Shown: positions 1 to 9,724 of the stretch, piece by piece | Position numbering within the stretch: the first letter of the stretch is position 1 | Layout: each line of letters starts with the position of its first letter | Notes under the pieces: model-generated | Database searches by the model: none | Seen by the model: the letters and a program-made list of their open reading frames with translations, nothing else | What the model was told of the DNA's origin: nothing | Source: Polyangiales bacterium | GTDB lineage: Bacteria; Myxococcota_A; Polyangia; Polyangiales; Polyangiaceae | Length of the DNA: 64,000 nt | Assembly (NCBI GenBank): GCA_038231275.1 | Contig: JBBRLQ010000038.1 | Location: 1-64,000, forward strand | Reading direction: 5' to 3' | Program-made: the position numbers and the translations under genes

Positions 1-639
1 GCGCGCGCGACCTTCGGCGCCGAGCGCATGCTCGAGGAACTCGCCGACCTCACGCCCGCGCTCGCCTACGAGCGCGACGACGACGACGTCCGCGGCCGCC
101 CCGCGCGCGATGGCGCCGAGGAGCGTGCTCTTGCCAACGCCGGAGCCCGCGAAGAGTCCGACGCGCTGCCCTTCGCCGAGGGTGAGGAGGCCGTCGAGGA
201 CGCGGACGCCGGTGGACATCGGCGACGTGACCGGCCTTCGTGACAAGGCGCTCGGCGGATCGCGATCGACGGGGACCGAGACGCCGCGCGGGGCCTCGCC
301 GCCGTCGAGCGGGCGTCCGAGGCCGTCGACGACGCGGCCGAGGAGGTCTCGGCCGGCGAGGACGGTGAACGGACCGCCGGTCGACTCGACCTCGTCGTCG
401 GGACCGACGCCGGCGAGCGTGCCGAGCGGCATCGCGACCGCCTCGCCGCCCGTGAAGCCCACGACCTCGCAGGCGAGCGGTCCGGCGCCGGGCGCGCGAC
501 GCTTCACGTGCACGACGTCGCCCATGCGCACGCCCGGCATCGAGAAGCGGAGCGCGAGACCGGTGACGCCGAGGACCCGCCCCGAGGGACGTAGGGCGCT
601 GGTCGCCGCGAGCTTGGCCTTGAGCGCTCCGATGTCCAT
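1..639 (-). CDS. FliI/YscN (SctN) family export ATPase, N-terminal part; runs off the window
   Basis: Not in the ORF track. Hand translation: MDIGALKAKLAATSALRPSGRVLGVTGL...TGVRVLDGLLTLGEGQRVGLFAGSGVGKSTLL...ALVGERGREVGEF. Walker A and the GERGRE motif are typical of FliI/YscN. Confidence 0.9.
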   Translation of the reverse strand, partial: MDIGALKAKLAATSALRPSGRVLGVTGLALRFSMPGVRMGDVVHVKRRAPGAGPLACEVVGFTGGEAVAMPLGTLAGVGPDDEVESTGGPFTVLAGRDLLGRVVDGLGRPLDGGEAPRGVSVPVDRDPPSALSRRPVTSPMSTGVRVLDGLLTLGEGQRVGLFAGSGVGKSTLLGAIARGAAADVVVVALVGERGREVGEFLEHALGAEGRAR

Positions 640-708
640 GAAGACCCACGATAGCGCGATCGCAGCGTTCCCAGGCGACGCTCGGCGAGCGATACTCCGA
701 GGGGCGCG

Positions 709-3384
709 ATGTCGAGCACGAACCTGGCCCCCGAGCGCTCCACGTTCCTGGGCCGGGCGCGCGAGGTCGACGAACTCACGCGCGCGATCGCTGGGGGTGC
801 GCGACTCGTCACGCTCACGGGTCCGCCCGGGGTGGGAAAATCGCGGCTGGCGCGGCACGTCGCGCGCGCGGCACGGGATGCGTACGCGGGCGGCGTGTAC
901 GCGTGCGATCTCGCACGCGCGGAGAGCGCCGAGGAGTTGGTCGCCCGCGCACGCGAAGCGTTGGGCATCGGAGGCGACGGGAGCTCCATCGAAGGTGCCC
1001 TCGCGGTCCGCGGGCGCACGTTGCTCGTTCTCGACGACGCCGATCGTCTCGTCTCCGCGGTCGCGACGGCGGTTGGACGGTGGCTCGACGCGGCGCCGGG
1101 GGTCGTGCTCCTCGTGACGTCGCGGGAGCGCCTGCGCGTCGAGGGGGAGTCGTGCGTCGAGCTCGGGCCGCTCGCCGCCGACGACGGGCTCGCCCTCCTC
1201 GTCGCGCGCGCGACCGCGGCGCGCGCGGACTTCGCGGCGGCCGCGGACGAAGAGCCGGTCCTGCGGGAGATCGTGGCACGCCTCGACGGCTCTCCGCTTG
1301 CGCTCGAGCTCGCGGCGGCTCGCCTCGCGGTCATGTCGCCGCGCGCGCTCCTCGACCTCTGGGGAGAGCGCTTCGAGCTGCTCCGCACGGGCCGTCGCGA
1401 CGCGGTGGCTCGCCAATCCACGCTCACGAGCGCGATCGACGCGTCGTGGGAGCTCCTGAGCGACGACGAGAAGAGCGCGCTCGCGCAAGCCTCGGTGTTC
1501 GCGGGCGGCTTTGCGCTGCGCGAGGGGCTCCGCGTGATCTCGCTCGCGACGGGCGGCGCGGTCGTGGACGTGCTCTCTTCGCTGGTCGACAAATCGCTCC
1601 TCTCGGTGGCGACCGCCGCGAGCGCGCGGGACGAGCGCAGGTTCGTCCTCGGCGAGACGATCCGCGACTATGCCGCGAAGAAGCTGGCGGCGACGGGCGC
1701 GCGCGACGCGGCAATCGCGCGCCACGCGGTCGCCTATGCCGAGCTCGCGGCCCGCGCCCCTCGTGACGCGCCCGCCGCCGAGCGCGAGAATCTGCTCGCT
1801 GCGCACGAGCACCTCCCCGCATCGGAGCCCGCTGCCGCAGCGGCCGTCGTCCTCGCGCTCGCGCCGCTGCTCCTCCAGCGCGGTCCATTGCCCCTCCTCG
1901 TCGCGCGGGTCGACGCGACGCTCGGGGCCGCGTCCTCGGAGGCGCGCGCCGCGCTTTTTCTCGCGCGCGGGCGGGCGCGCCGGTTGCTCGGAGACGGCGA
2001 CGGCGCGTTGGCGGACGCCGAGGCCTCCCTCGCCTTGGCGGAGCCGGCGGGGGGCGCGCCGCTCGCCGCGGCCCTCGTCGCTGTCGGCGTCGCGCGCCAT
2101 GGGCGTGGCGAGGATCGCGAAGCGCTCACCGCCTTCGAACGTGGGCTCTCCATCGCGCGAGAGGCGAGCGATCGCGACACGGCCGCGGAGGCCGAGCGGC
2201 GCCTCGCGATCCTGCGCGCGGACCGCGACGACGTCCTCGCGGCACGACGCTCCCTCGACGCGTCGGTGGAGCTGACCGACAACCTCGGCGTGCTCTTCAC
2301 GCAGACGGGCCCAATCGACGCGGCGCGCGCGGCGTGCGAGCGCGCGATCGCGGCGCAGCAGGCGGCCAAGAACCGGCGCTCGGAAGGGGTCATCACCGTC
2401 CGCCTCGCGTCGCTCCTCCTCCACGCGGGTGACGCCGCGGGGGCTCTTGCGCGGGCGCAGCAAGCGCACGCCATCCATCGGGAGGTCGCCGATCGCGTCT
2501 TCGAGGCGACGAGCGTCTGGGTCATCGGCCTCGCCGAGCACGAGCTGGGGCGCCTCGATGCCGCGCGCGAGACGCTCACGCGCGCGCTCGAGGCCGCCAT
2601 CGACGCGCGCGCTCGCCTCGTCCAAGGCTACGCCGAGCGCGCCCTCGCGGAGATCGCGTGGGACGCGGGCGACGAGCCGGCCGCGAGGGCCCACGCGCTG
2701 CGGGCGGCCGACGTGCTCCTCCGCGCGGACGACGGCGCCAACGCGGGACTCGCGCGCGCGGAGGTCGCCGCCGCCGACGCGCGCCGCGGCCTCGTGGACG
2801 ACGCCGAGCGCGCGTTCGCTGAGGCGCGCACCCTCGCTGCCGCCAGCGCGCGCCACCTCGCGGCGATCGGCGTGTGGGAAGGCTTCCTCGATCTTCGGCG
2901 CGCCGAGACGACAATTGCCGCGAGCGCCGCGCGCATCGCTCGAGAGCTGGCGACGGCGCGCCTCGCCACGCCGGAAGACTCGCGCGACGTCCGCCTCGCC
3001 GCGCGACTGTTGCGACGCGCGCTCGGAGGCGGCTCGGCGCCGGCGCCCGACGACGCGCTCACGATGTCGGTCGCGCACCTCGGGATGTGGTTCAAGCTCG
3101 CGGGCGGCGAAGCGGTCGATCTCGTCCGGCGCCGCGCGATGCGTCAACTCTTCTGGGCGCTCGTCGAGAAGCGCGTGGCGGCCGCCGGCGCGCCGATGAG
3201 CCTCGACGACATGCTCGCCGCAGCGTGGCCCGGCGAGCGCATTTTGCACAAGGCCGGCACCGCGCGCATCTACACGGCCATCCGCACGCTCCGCGACCTC
3301 GGCCTGCGCGACGTCCTCGTCACCGCAGGCGACGGGTACATGATCGCGCCGAACGTGCGCGTGGAGATCGTGCGCCAAGGCTGA
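709..3384 (+). CDS. STAND/NB-ARC-like ATPase with TPR repeats and a C-terminal winged-helix-like domain
   Basis: FLGRARE, Walker A GPPGVGKS, LLVLDD, LDGSPLALELAAARL, helical TPR-like repeats, C-terminal AAWPGE...LRDLGL...GDGY. Confidence 0.85.
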   Translation: MSSTNLAPERSTFLGRAREVDELTRAIAGGARLVTLTGPPGVGKSRLARHVARAARDAYAGGVYACDLARAESAEELVARAREALGIGGDGSSIEGALAVRGRTLLVLDDADRLVSAVATAVGRWLDAAPGVVLLVTSRERLRVEGESCVELGPLAADDGLALLVARATAARADFAAAADEEPVLREIVARLDGSPLALELAAARLAVMSPRALLDLWGERFELLRTGRRDAVARQSTLTSAIDASWELLSDDEKSALAQASVFAGGFALREGLRVISLATGGAVVDVLSSLVDKSLLSVATAASARDERRFVLGETIRDYAAKKLAATGARDAAIARHAVAYAELAARAPRDAPAAERENLLAAHEHLPASEPAAAAAVVLALAPLLLQRGPLPLLVARVDATLGAASSEARAALFLARGRARRLLGDGDGALADAEASLALAEPAGGAPLAAALVAVGVARHGRGEDREALTAFERGLSIAREASDRDTAAEAERRLAILRADRDDVLAARRSLDASVELTDNLGVLFTQTGPIDAARAACERAIAAQQAAKNRRSEGVITVRLASLLLHAGDAAGALARAQQAHAIHREVADRVFEATSVWVIGLAEHELGRLDAARETLTRALEAAIDARARLVQGYAERALAEIAWDAGDEPAARAHALRAADVLLRADDGANAGLARAEVAAADARRGLVDDAERAFAEARTLAAASARHLAAIGVWEGFLDLRRAETTIAASAARIARELATARLATPEDSRDVRLAARLLRRALGGGSAPAPDDALTMSVAHLGMWFKLAGGEAVDLVRRRAMRQLFWALVEKRVAAAGAPMSLDDMLAAAWPGERILHKAGTARIYTAIRTLRDLGLRDVLVTAGDGYMIAPNVRVEIVRQG

Positions 3385-3441
3385 CGGTAGCTCGAGGGGA
3401 TCGGCCCGATGATGGTGCCGACCTGGTAGTCTCCAAAAGGG

Positions 3442-6400
3442 ATGCCGCTCGAGAAGGGCCACCTCATCGGAGGCAAGTACCGCATCGATCGCCTCCTCGG
3501 CAGCGGCGGCGGCGGTGTCGTCTATGTGGCGTTCAACGTCGCCTTGGAGAAGCGGGTCGCGCTCAAGATCCTCTCGGACGGCACCGCCACGGAGATCGCG
3601 GCGCGGCGGCTGGTGCTCGAAGGCATCGCGGCATCGCGCGTGAGGCACCCGGCCATCGTCGAGGTCTTCGACGCCGGAGAGCACGAGGGCTCTCCATGGC
3701 TCGCGATGGAGCTGCTGGAAGGGGAGCCGCTCGCCGCGCGCATGCGCCGCGCCCCGCGCATGACCGCCGCCGAGGTCACGCGCCTCGGCATCGCGCTCGC
3801 CGAAGGCCTCGCCGCCGCGCACGACGCCGGCGTCGTCCACCGCGATCTCAAGCCCGACAACGTCTTCTTGTGCCGCGTGGCCGACGGCGCGATGCGGCCG
3901 AAGATCCTCGATTTTGGCCTCGCGCGGCTGCGGAGCGACGCGCTCGAGAGGCTCACGCAGGATGGGGCGGTGCTCGGGACGTTGCGGTACATGTCGCCGG
4001 AGCAGGCCGCGGGCGCCGCCGACGTGGATGGCCGCGCGGATCTGTACGCGCTGGGCGTCGTACTGTTCGAGGCCTTGACCTCCGAGCACCCGCACGAGGG
4101 CGACACGATGGCCGCGCGCTTCGCACGGCTTCAGGTCGCGCCGGCGCGGGATCCTCGCGCGCTCGCCCCCGACGCGCCCGAGGCCCTCGTCCGCGTGATC
4201 GAGGACTGCCTCGCGACGAGCCCGCGTGCGCGGCCGGCCGACGCGCACGAGGTCTCGGCTAGGCTCGGCGGCGCCCCGCACGCCCCGCGCGTCGACGACG
4301 CGACGGGCGCAACCGAGGACAGCGGCGGCGTCCTGCCCTCTCCGACCACGCCGTTCGTCGGGCGCCTCGAGGATCTCGCCGCACTGGAGGAGCGCTTCGC
4401 CGCGGGCGCTCGGCTCGTCACGCTCCTCGGCCCTGGAGGGACGGGAAAGACCCGACTCGCGCTGCGCTTCGCGGAGCGGCACTCCCGAGAGGCACGTCCT
4501 CGCGGCGGGGTGTGGTTCTGCGATCTTAGCGCGGCGCGATCACGCTCGGAGCTCGTCGCGCTCGTGGCGGCGACGCTGCGCGTGCCGCTCTCGCTCGGCG
4601 GGAGCGATCCCGTGGACCAGATCGCCGGCGCGCTCGTGTCGCGCGGCCACCTCCTCGTCGTCCTCGACAACTTCGAGCACCTGCAGCCTCACGCGCTCGA
4701 GACCGTCGGCGCGTGGCTCGCCGCCGCGCCAGAGGCGCGCTTCCTCGCGACCTCGCGCGAGCCCTTGCGCGTGACCGCCGAGGAGCGAGCTCCCCTCGAG
4801 CCGCTCTCGATGGCCGAGGCCCGCGAGCTCTTCACGTCGCGCGCGCGGGTGGCCCGTGCGGGATTTTCGCTATGTGACGCCGACGCCGCGACGCTCGACG
4901 AGATCCTCGCGCGCCTCGACGGAATGCCGCTTGCCATCGAGCTCGCGGCCGCGCGCCTGTCGGTCCTCTCGTTGCCGCAGCTGGCCGCTCGCCTCTCCGA
5001 GCGATGGAAGCTCTTGGCCGGTGGCCCGCCGGGGCAGCCAGAGCGCCAGCGCACGATGCGGGCGACGATCGACTGGTCGTGGGACCTGCTGGCTGCGTGG
5101 GAGAAGAGTGCGCTCGCGCAGGGCGCTGTATTTCGGGGCGGGTTCGATCTCGAGGCGTTCGAGGGCGTCGTCGATCTCGCGGAGCACGACGCGGCGCCGT
5201 GGCACGTCGACGTCCTCCAGGCACTCCGCGATCAATCGCTCGTGTGGGCCCGCGAGCTGCCTGCGCCGCTCGCGGGTTTGCGCTTCGGCCTGTACGAGGC
5301 GATCCGCGAATACGCGATAGAGAAGCTTTCGCCTGCGCCAATGGAGGCCACGCGCGCGCGGCACACCGCACATTTCCTCGGCCATGGAGAGCGCCTCGCA
5401 GCCCTCGCTCACGGCGAGAGAGCCGCGGACGCGCGCCGTCGGCTCCTGCTCGACGACGCCAACCTCCGCGCGGTCGCAGAGCGTGGGCTCGCCGCCGATA
5501 TCCCCGGCGACGCCGCGTGCGCGCTCTTTGCGCTGGAGCCCGTCCTCGCGGGACGCGCCCCCGCCGATCTGCTCGCGCTCGTCGAGCGCCTCGTCGCGCA
5601 CCCCGGCGCAGCGCGCCTCTCACCGGCCATCGAGGCGCGCGTCCTCGTCCTCCGCGCCGGCCTGCGCGTCCTCCGTGGCGACCTCGACCTCGTCGGCGCC
5701 GATCTCGACCGCGCGGCGTCGCTCGGCGGTCCTCTGGAGCTCGCCGTTCGCGTCGCGCTCGGCCGCGCGGCGCTCCTCGACGCGCAGGGAAACTTCGACG
5801 AGGCCGCGCGTGTCGCGACCGACGCCGTCGCCGCCGCCCGCGCGTTCGACGATCGGCGACCGCTCGCCGAGGCCCTCGATCAGCTCAGCTCGATCAAAAA
5901 CCACCAGTCGCGCCTCGACGAGGCGCGCGCGCGCAGCGAGGAGTCGCTCGCCATCGCCGAGGAAATCGGCGCGCGGCCGCTCGTCGGGATCAGCTGCGGC
6001 TCGCTCGGCAAGCACGCCGTCCACCAGCAGCGCCGCGGCGACGCCGTCGGCTACTACACGCGCGCCCTCGCCATCGCGCGCGAGCTCGACGATCGCTTCG
6101 CCGAGGCCCGTCACTCGAACAACCTCGCCATCATCTACCACGAGGATCGCCGCCACGCGCTCGCGCGCGAGCACTACGAGCGCTCGCTGCTCCTCTTGAC
6201 GGAGCTAGGGCGGCGCGCGTTCCAGGCGATCGCGCTGGGCAACCTCGGCATTCTCGAGGAGGAGCACGATCTGTCGCGCGCGCACGCGCGCTTCGGCGAC
6301 GCACGCCGAATCCTCGAGGAGGTGGGCGATCCGCGGCTCTGGGGGTGGTGCACCGCGTGGTGCGCGGCGATCGACGCGCAGCGCGGCGATCTCTCGCTCG

Positions 6401-6615
6401 CGCGCGAGGGCTTCGCCAAGGCGCGCGCGCTCCTCGAGCCGCTCACGGAGCGCGCGATCCTGGGGGTCGTTCAGGTGCTCGAGGGACACCTCGACGTGGC
6501 GAGCGGAGAGACCGATGCCGCGTTCGCGCGCCTCGCGGCGGCGGGAGAGGCGCTCTCGGAGAAATCCGAGGACGTCCGCTTCGCGATGCGCTCGCTCGAG
6601 CGACGCCTCCTCTGA
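3442..6615 (+). CDS. Ser/Thr kinase-STAND ATPase-TPR fusion
   Basis: Kinase motifs GSGGGG, VALK, HRDLKPDN, DFG, GTLRYMSPE; then GPGGTGKT, LDNFEH, LDGMPLAIELAAARL; TPRs. Confidence 0.9.
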   Translation: MPLEKGHLIGGKYRIDRLLGSGGGGVVYVAFNVALEKRVALKILSDGTATEIAARRLVLEGIAASRVRHPAIVEVFDAGEHEGSPWLAMELLEGEPLAARMRRAPRMTAAEVTRLGIALAEGLAAAHDAGVVHRDLKPDNVFLCRVADGAMRPKILDFGLARLRSDALERLTQDGAVLGTLRYMSPEQAAGAADVDGRADLYALGVVLFEALTSEHPHEGDTMAARFARLQVAPARDPRALAPDAPEALVRVIEDCLATSPRARPADAHEVSARLGGAPHAPRVDDATGATEDSGGVLPSPTTPFVGRLEDLAALEERFAAGARLVTLLGPGGTGKTRLALRFAERHSREARPRGGVWFCDLSAARSRSELVALVAATLRVPLSLGGSDPVDQIAGALVSRGHLLVVLDNFEHLQPHALETVGAWLAAAPEARFLATSREPLRVTAEERAPLEPLSMAEARELFTSRARVARAGFSLCDADAATLDEILARLDGMPLAIELAAARLSVLSLPQLAARLSERWKLLAGGPPGQPERQRTMRATIDWSWDLLAAWEKSALAQGAVFRGGFDLEAFEGVVDLAEHDAAPWHVDVLQALRDQSLVWARELPAPLAGLRFGLYEAIREYAIEKLSPAPMEATRARHTAHFLGHGERLAALAHGERAADARRRLLLDDANLRAVAERGLAADIPGDAACALFALEPVLAGRAPADLLALVERLVAHPGAARLSPAIEARVLVLRAGLRVLRGDLDLVGADLDRAASLGGPLELAVRVALGRAALLDAQGNFDEAARVATDAVAAARAFDDRRPLAEALDQLSSIKNHQSRLDEARARSEESLAIAEEIGARPLVGISCGSLGKHAVHQQRRGDAVGYYTRALAIARELDDRFAEARHSNNLAIIYHEDRRHALAREHYERSLLLLTELGRRAFQAIALGNLGILEEEHDLSRAHARFGDARRILEEVGDPRLWGWCTAWCAAIDAQRGDLSLAREGFAKARALLEPLTERAILGVVQVLEGHLDVASGETDAAFARLAAAGEALSEKSEDVRFAMRSLERRLL

Positions 6616-6636
6616 TTGCGCCTCGTGCGCGGGTGC

Positions 6637-7758
6637 TTACTTGCCGCCGCCGGCCGCGCGCTTGTTCGTGTCGCTCGAGTCGCGACGGATTTCGCGGTCC
6701 AGCTCTTCGAGGAGCTGGCGGGCCCGCTCCGTGAGGACGGTCGGCACGTCCACCTGCACGACGACGGCGAGCGAGCCGCGCCCACGGCCGTCCAAGCGCG
6801 GGACGCCTTGACCCTTCACCGTGACGACGGATCCGGGCTGCGTTCCCGGGGGGAGCGAGACCTTCACCTTCTTTTCGTCGTCCTCGAGCGACGCCACCTC
6901 GATCTCGGCGCCGAGGGCGGCGTCGGAGAACGTAACGTTGACCCGCGTGACGAGGTCGACGCCGTCGCGCTCGAAGCGGGGGTTCTCTTCGATGTCGAGC
7001 TCGACGAACAAGTCCCCAGGCTCGGTGCCGTGAGGCCCCGGCATCCCCTGCCCTTGCACGCGCAAGCGTTGACCGGCGTCGATGCCGGCGGGGAACGTGA
7101 CCGAGACGCGCCGCGCCTTCTGGACGACGCCGTGACCCTGGCACGACTTGCACGCGCTCTTGATGACCTGCCCTTGCCCTTGGCAGCGCGCGCACGGCGT
7201 CGTGAACATGACGAAACCGCGCGCGTTCGAGACGTGGCCGGCGCCGCGGCACTGCGGGCACGTCTCTGGTCGCGTGCCGGCGCTCGCGCCCGTTCCGCCG
7301 CAGTCTCCGCAGCGCGCGGGCGCGTGCACGGCGACCTCTTTCTTGCAGCCGAACGCTGCGTCACGAAGAGAGATGCGCGCCTGGACGCGCAGGTCAGCGC
7401 CGCGCCGCTGGCGCTGACCGCCGGCGCCGCCGAACCCGAAGCCGCCGCCCGAGAACATCTCGGTGAAGAGATCCTGCATGTGGGCGAACACGTCGCCCGC
7501 GCCCCCGCCGTCGAAACCGGGGCCGCCTCCTTCGAGGCCGGCGTGGCCGAAGCGATCGTAGACCTGTCGCTTCTGCTCGTCCTGCAGGACGGTGTAGGCC
7601 TCGTTCACGACCTTGAATTGGACCTCGGCCTGCGGGTTCCCCTGGTTGCGATCGGGGTGGTGCTTCAGCGCCTCCCGTTTGTAGGCGCGGCGGATGTCAT
7701 CCATCGACGCTTCGCGTGCAACACCAAGGACCTCATAATAATCAGGCTTTTGCGACAT
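6637..7758 (-). CDS. dnaJ: Chaperone DnaJ
   Basis: J-domain with HPD, G/F-rich linker, four CxxCxGxG repeats, C-terminal substrate-binding domain. Confidence 0.96.
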   Translation of the reverse strand: MSQKPDYYEVLGVAREASMDDIRRAYKREALKHHPDRNQGNPQAEVQFKVVNEAYTVLQDEQKRQVYDRFGHAGLEGGGPGFDGGGAGDVFAHMQDLFTEMFSGGGFGFGGAGGQRQRRGADLRVQARISLRDAAFGCKKEVAVHAPARCGDCGGTGASAGTRPETCPQCRGAGHVSNARGFVMFTTPCARCQGQGQVIKSACKSCQGHGVVQKARRVSVTFPAGIDAGQRLRVQGQGMPGPHGTEPGDLFVELDIEENPRFERDGVDLVTRVNVTFSDAALGAEIEVASLEDDEKKVKVSLPPGTQPGSVVTVKGQGVPRLDGRGRGSLAVVVQVDVPTVLTERARQLLEELDREIRRDSSDTNKRAAGGGK

Positions 7759-7797
7759 CGTTCTCTCTGCCGAGCGCGACGAGGGACTTGCCGGTGC

Positions 7798-7825
7798 AAA
7801 GTAAGTCCTCGTCAGGACATGTCAA
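7798..7825 (-). promoter_or_regulatory. Putative sigma70-type promoter of dnaJ
   Basis: Minus strand TTGACA (7825-7820), 16-nt spacer, TACTTT (7803-7798), about 40 nt upstream of the ATG. Confidence 0.55.
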
Positions 7826-7847
7826 TCAAGGACGAGCTAGACCGGAA

Positions 7848-7873
7848 GTCGTTTGGCCGCGTGGCAAAACGAC
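7848..7873. terminator. Hairpin after the 7889 gene, possible terminator
   Basis: GTCGTTTGGCC-gcgt-GGCAAAACGAC, near-perfect inverted repeat just downstream of a stop codon; no clear U-tract. Confidence 0.35.
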
Positions 7874-7888
7874 GGGGGCGACCGGAGG

Positions 7889-9652
7889 TCAATCCGCGAG
7901 CGGCTCCGGGCGACGGCGGCCTCGGTCGGCGGCGTCCAACTCGCGGGAGAGCTGCTCGATCAAGGCGGCCTGACGTCCGAGCTCTGTCTGCGCGCGGGTC
8001 AGCGCATCACCGGATTCGGCCCGGACGCGCGCTTCGTGCTCCTGGGCGAGCGCTTGGCGCAGCGCGTCGAGCTCGCTGCGGAGGCGGGTCGTGTCGGCCT
8101 CGCTGGCCGGGGCGGAGGCCGGGGCGGAGGCCGGCGCCGGAGGGGAGGCGTGCCGCGCCGCCGCCATCGCGAGCCTCTGCTCCAGCTCGGTGACCTTCCA
8201 TTCTTGCGCCTGCACCTCCCCCTTCTGGCGGGCAAGGTCGAGCGCGAGATCGTCGAGCTTGGAGCGGAGCGCCTGGTTCTCTCGTCCGAGCTCCGCTCCG
8301 TCGGACGTGGCGACCCCGCCGTGGGCGCCTGCGCGCGCTTCCTCCAGCGCCGCGACCAGCTCGCGCACGAGGCGCTCACGACGCGCGATCTCGTGCTGAA
8401 GGTGTTTGATGCTCTGCCCGCGCTCGCGGAGGAGCGCCTCGAGCTGTCCGAGCTCTCCCCCGTGCAGCTCTCCCGCGTGGACGAGATCCGACTCGAGCTG
8501 CGCGATGACGTCGGCCGCTCGCTCGGCGTCCTCCGCGCGTTCGGCGAGGCGCGCGATGGCCTCGGCGTCGATCGCGGGAACTGCGGCGGCGGCGCGCACG
8601 GCGTCGAGCTCGTTCGCGAGCGCGGCGACCTGGTTCTCGAGCTCGTGGAGGCTCGCGCGCGACGCCGTCAGCTCCACCTCGGAGAGCGCGCGCATGCGCT
8701 TGTAATCTCCGGTCTGCTCTTCGAGGTCGATCGCGCGTGCGCGGAGGCGGCCGGTCTCGTCCTCGAGCGCGACGACCTCTTGCGTGAGGCGCTCGGCGCG
8801 CACGAAATGCTCCCCTGCGCGCGCTTCGATCGCCGCGAGGTGTTCTTGCAGCTCGGCGATGCGCTTCCCTCTCGAGGCCTCCGCGTCCGTCGCGGCGCGT
8901 TGCGACAGCGCGTGCGCCTCTTCGAGCTGCGACGTGAGCAGCTCCACGCGTAGCCGTGCTTCCGCCAACGCGGCGCGGAGGGGCGCGTCGTCCTGCGGCA
9001 GCGCCGCGACGGGCGCCGCGGGGAGCTCGATGAGCGCGTACGGGGCGAGCGACACGTCGCGCTGGCTCGCGAGCGCGAGGAACACGTGCGGGGTCTTGTC
9101 CTCGGGGCCGAGGCGCGTGTCGACCGACACCTCTGGCTCCTCGTTCGTCCCGAGCTCCGCGAGGGTCACGCCGGTGAACGGGACCTGGCCGATCATCTTC
9201 ACGTGCTCGAACTGCATCGAGACCATGTCGTAGAGATCGGTGTAGTCGATGGTGTCGGGGCCGGGGCCGACCAGATCGGGGTTGCGCGCGGCGACGAGGA
9301 TGGCCCCGTCCTGCCCGACGAGGCGCCGCAGACGCGCGAGGAGCCCCGGGGGATCGCCGACGGTCGCAAGATCAGGCACGATGGCGAGATCGAACGCGCC
9401 GTCCCTCACCTCGAAATCGGCGGGGAGCTCGCGTACGGTGACGCCGCGCGCGATGCCGGCGTTCTCCCTCGCGCGCTCGCGGGAGGGATCGTAGACGTGC
9501 ACCGTTCGCGCACCGGCCTCCACGAGGGACGCGCCGATCTCCACCGACGAGTCGCCGACCACCACCACACGCCGGCCGGACGCGAGCGGCTCCGCGTAGA
9601 CGCTGAGCGCGTGGGCCGGGTGGAGGTGCTGCGGGGGGCGCGTGGGAGGCAT
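7889..9652 (-). CDS. Hypothetical protein: degenerate methyltransferase-like N-domain plus long coiled coil
   Basis: RRVVVVGDSS...GAFDLAIV...RRLVGQDGAILV resembles a class I MTase fold; about 350 aa of E/A/R/L-rich heptads follow. Confidence 0.7.
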   Translation of the reverse strand: MPPTRPPQHLHPAHALSVYAEPLASGRRVVVVGDSSVEIGASLVEAGARTVHVYDPSRERARENAGIARGVTVRELPADFEVRDGAFDLAIVPDLATVGDPPGLLARLRRLVGQDGAILVAARNPDLVGPGPDTIDYTDLYDMVSMQFEHVKMIGQVPFTGVTLAELGTNEEPEVSVDTRLGPEDKTPHVFLALASQRDVSLAPYALIELPAAPVAALPQDDAPLRAALAEARLRVELLTSQLEEAHALSQRAATDAEASRGKRIAELQEHLAAIEARAGEHFVRAERLTQEVVALEDETGRLRARAIDLEEQTGDYKRMRALSEVELTASRASLHELENQVAALANELDAVRAAAAVPAIDAEAIARLAERAEDAERAADVIAQLESDLVHAGELHGGELGQLEALLRERGQSIKHLQHEIARRERLVRELVAALEEARAGAHGGVATSDGAELGRENQALRSKLDDLALDLARQKGEVQAQEWKVTELEQRLAMAAARHASPPAPASAPASAPASEADTTRLRSELDALRQALAQEHEARVRAESGDALTRAQTELGRQAALIEQLSRELDAADRGRRRPEPLAD

Positions 9653-9724
9653 GCGCCCATCTCTCTAGCCGCAAATCGCCCGAATTTCACCCCTCGCGGC
9701 ACGAAAAGCGCGGCGACTCGAGGC

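Noticed and set aside
7759..7888. CIRCE element or RNA thermometer upstream of dnaJ
   Set aside because: No TTAGCACTC-N9-GAGTGCTAA. The inverted repeat straddles the predicted start site, so it would not be fully transcribed from this promoter.
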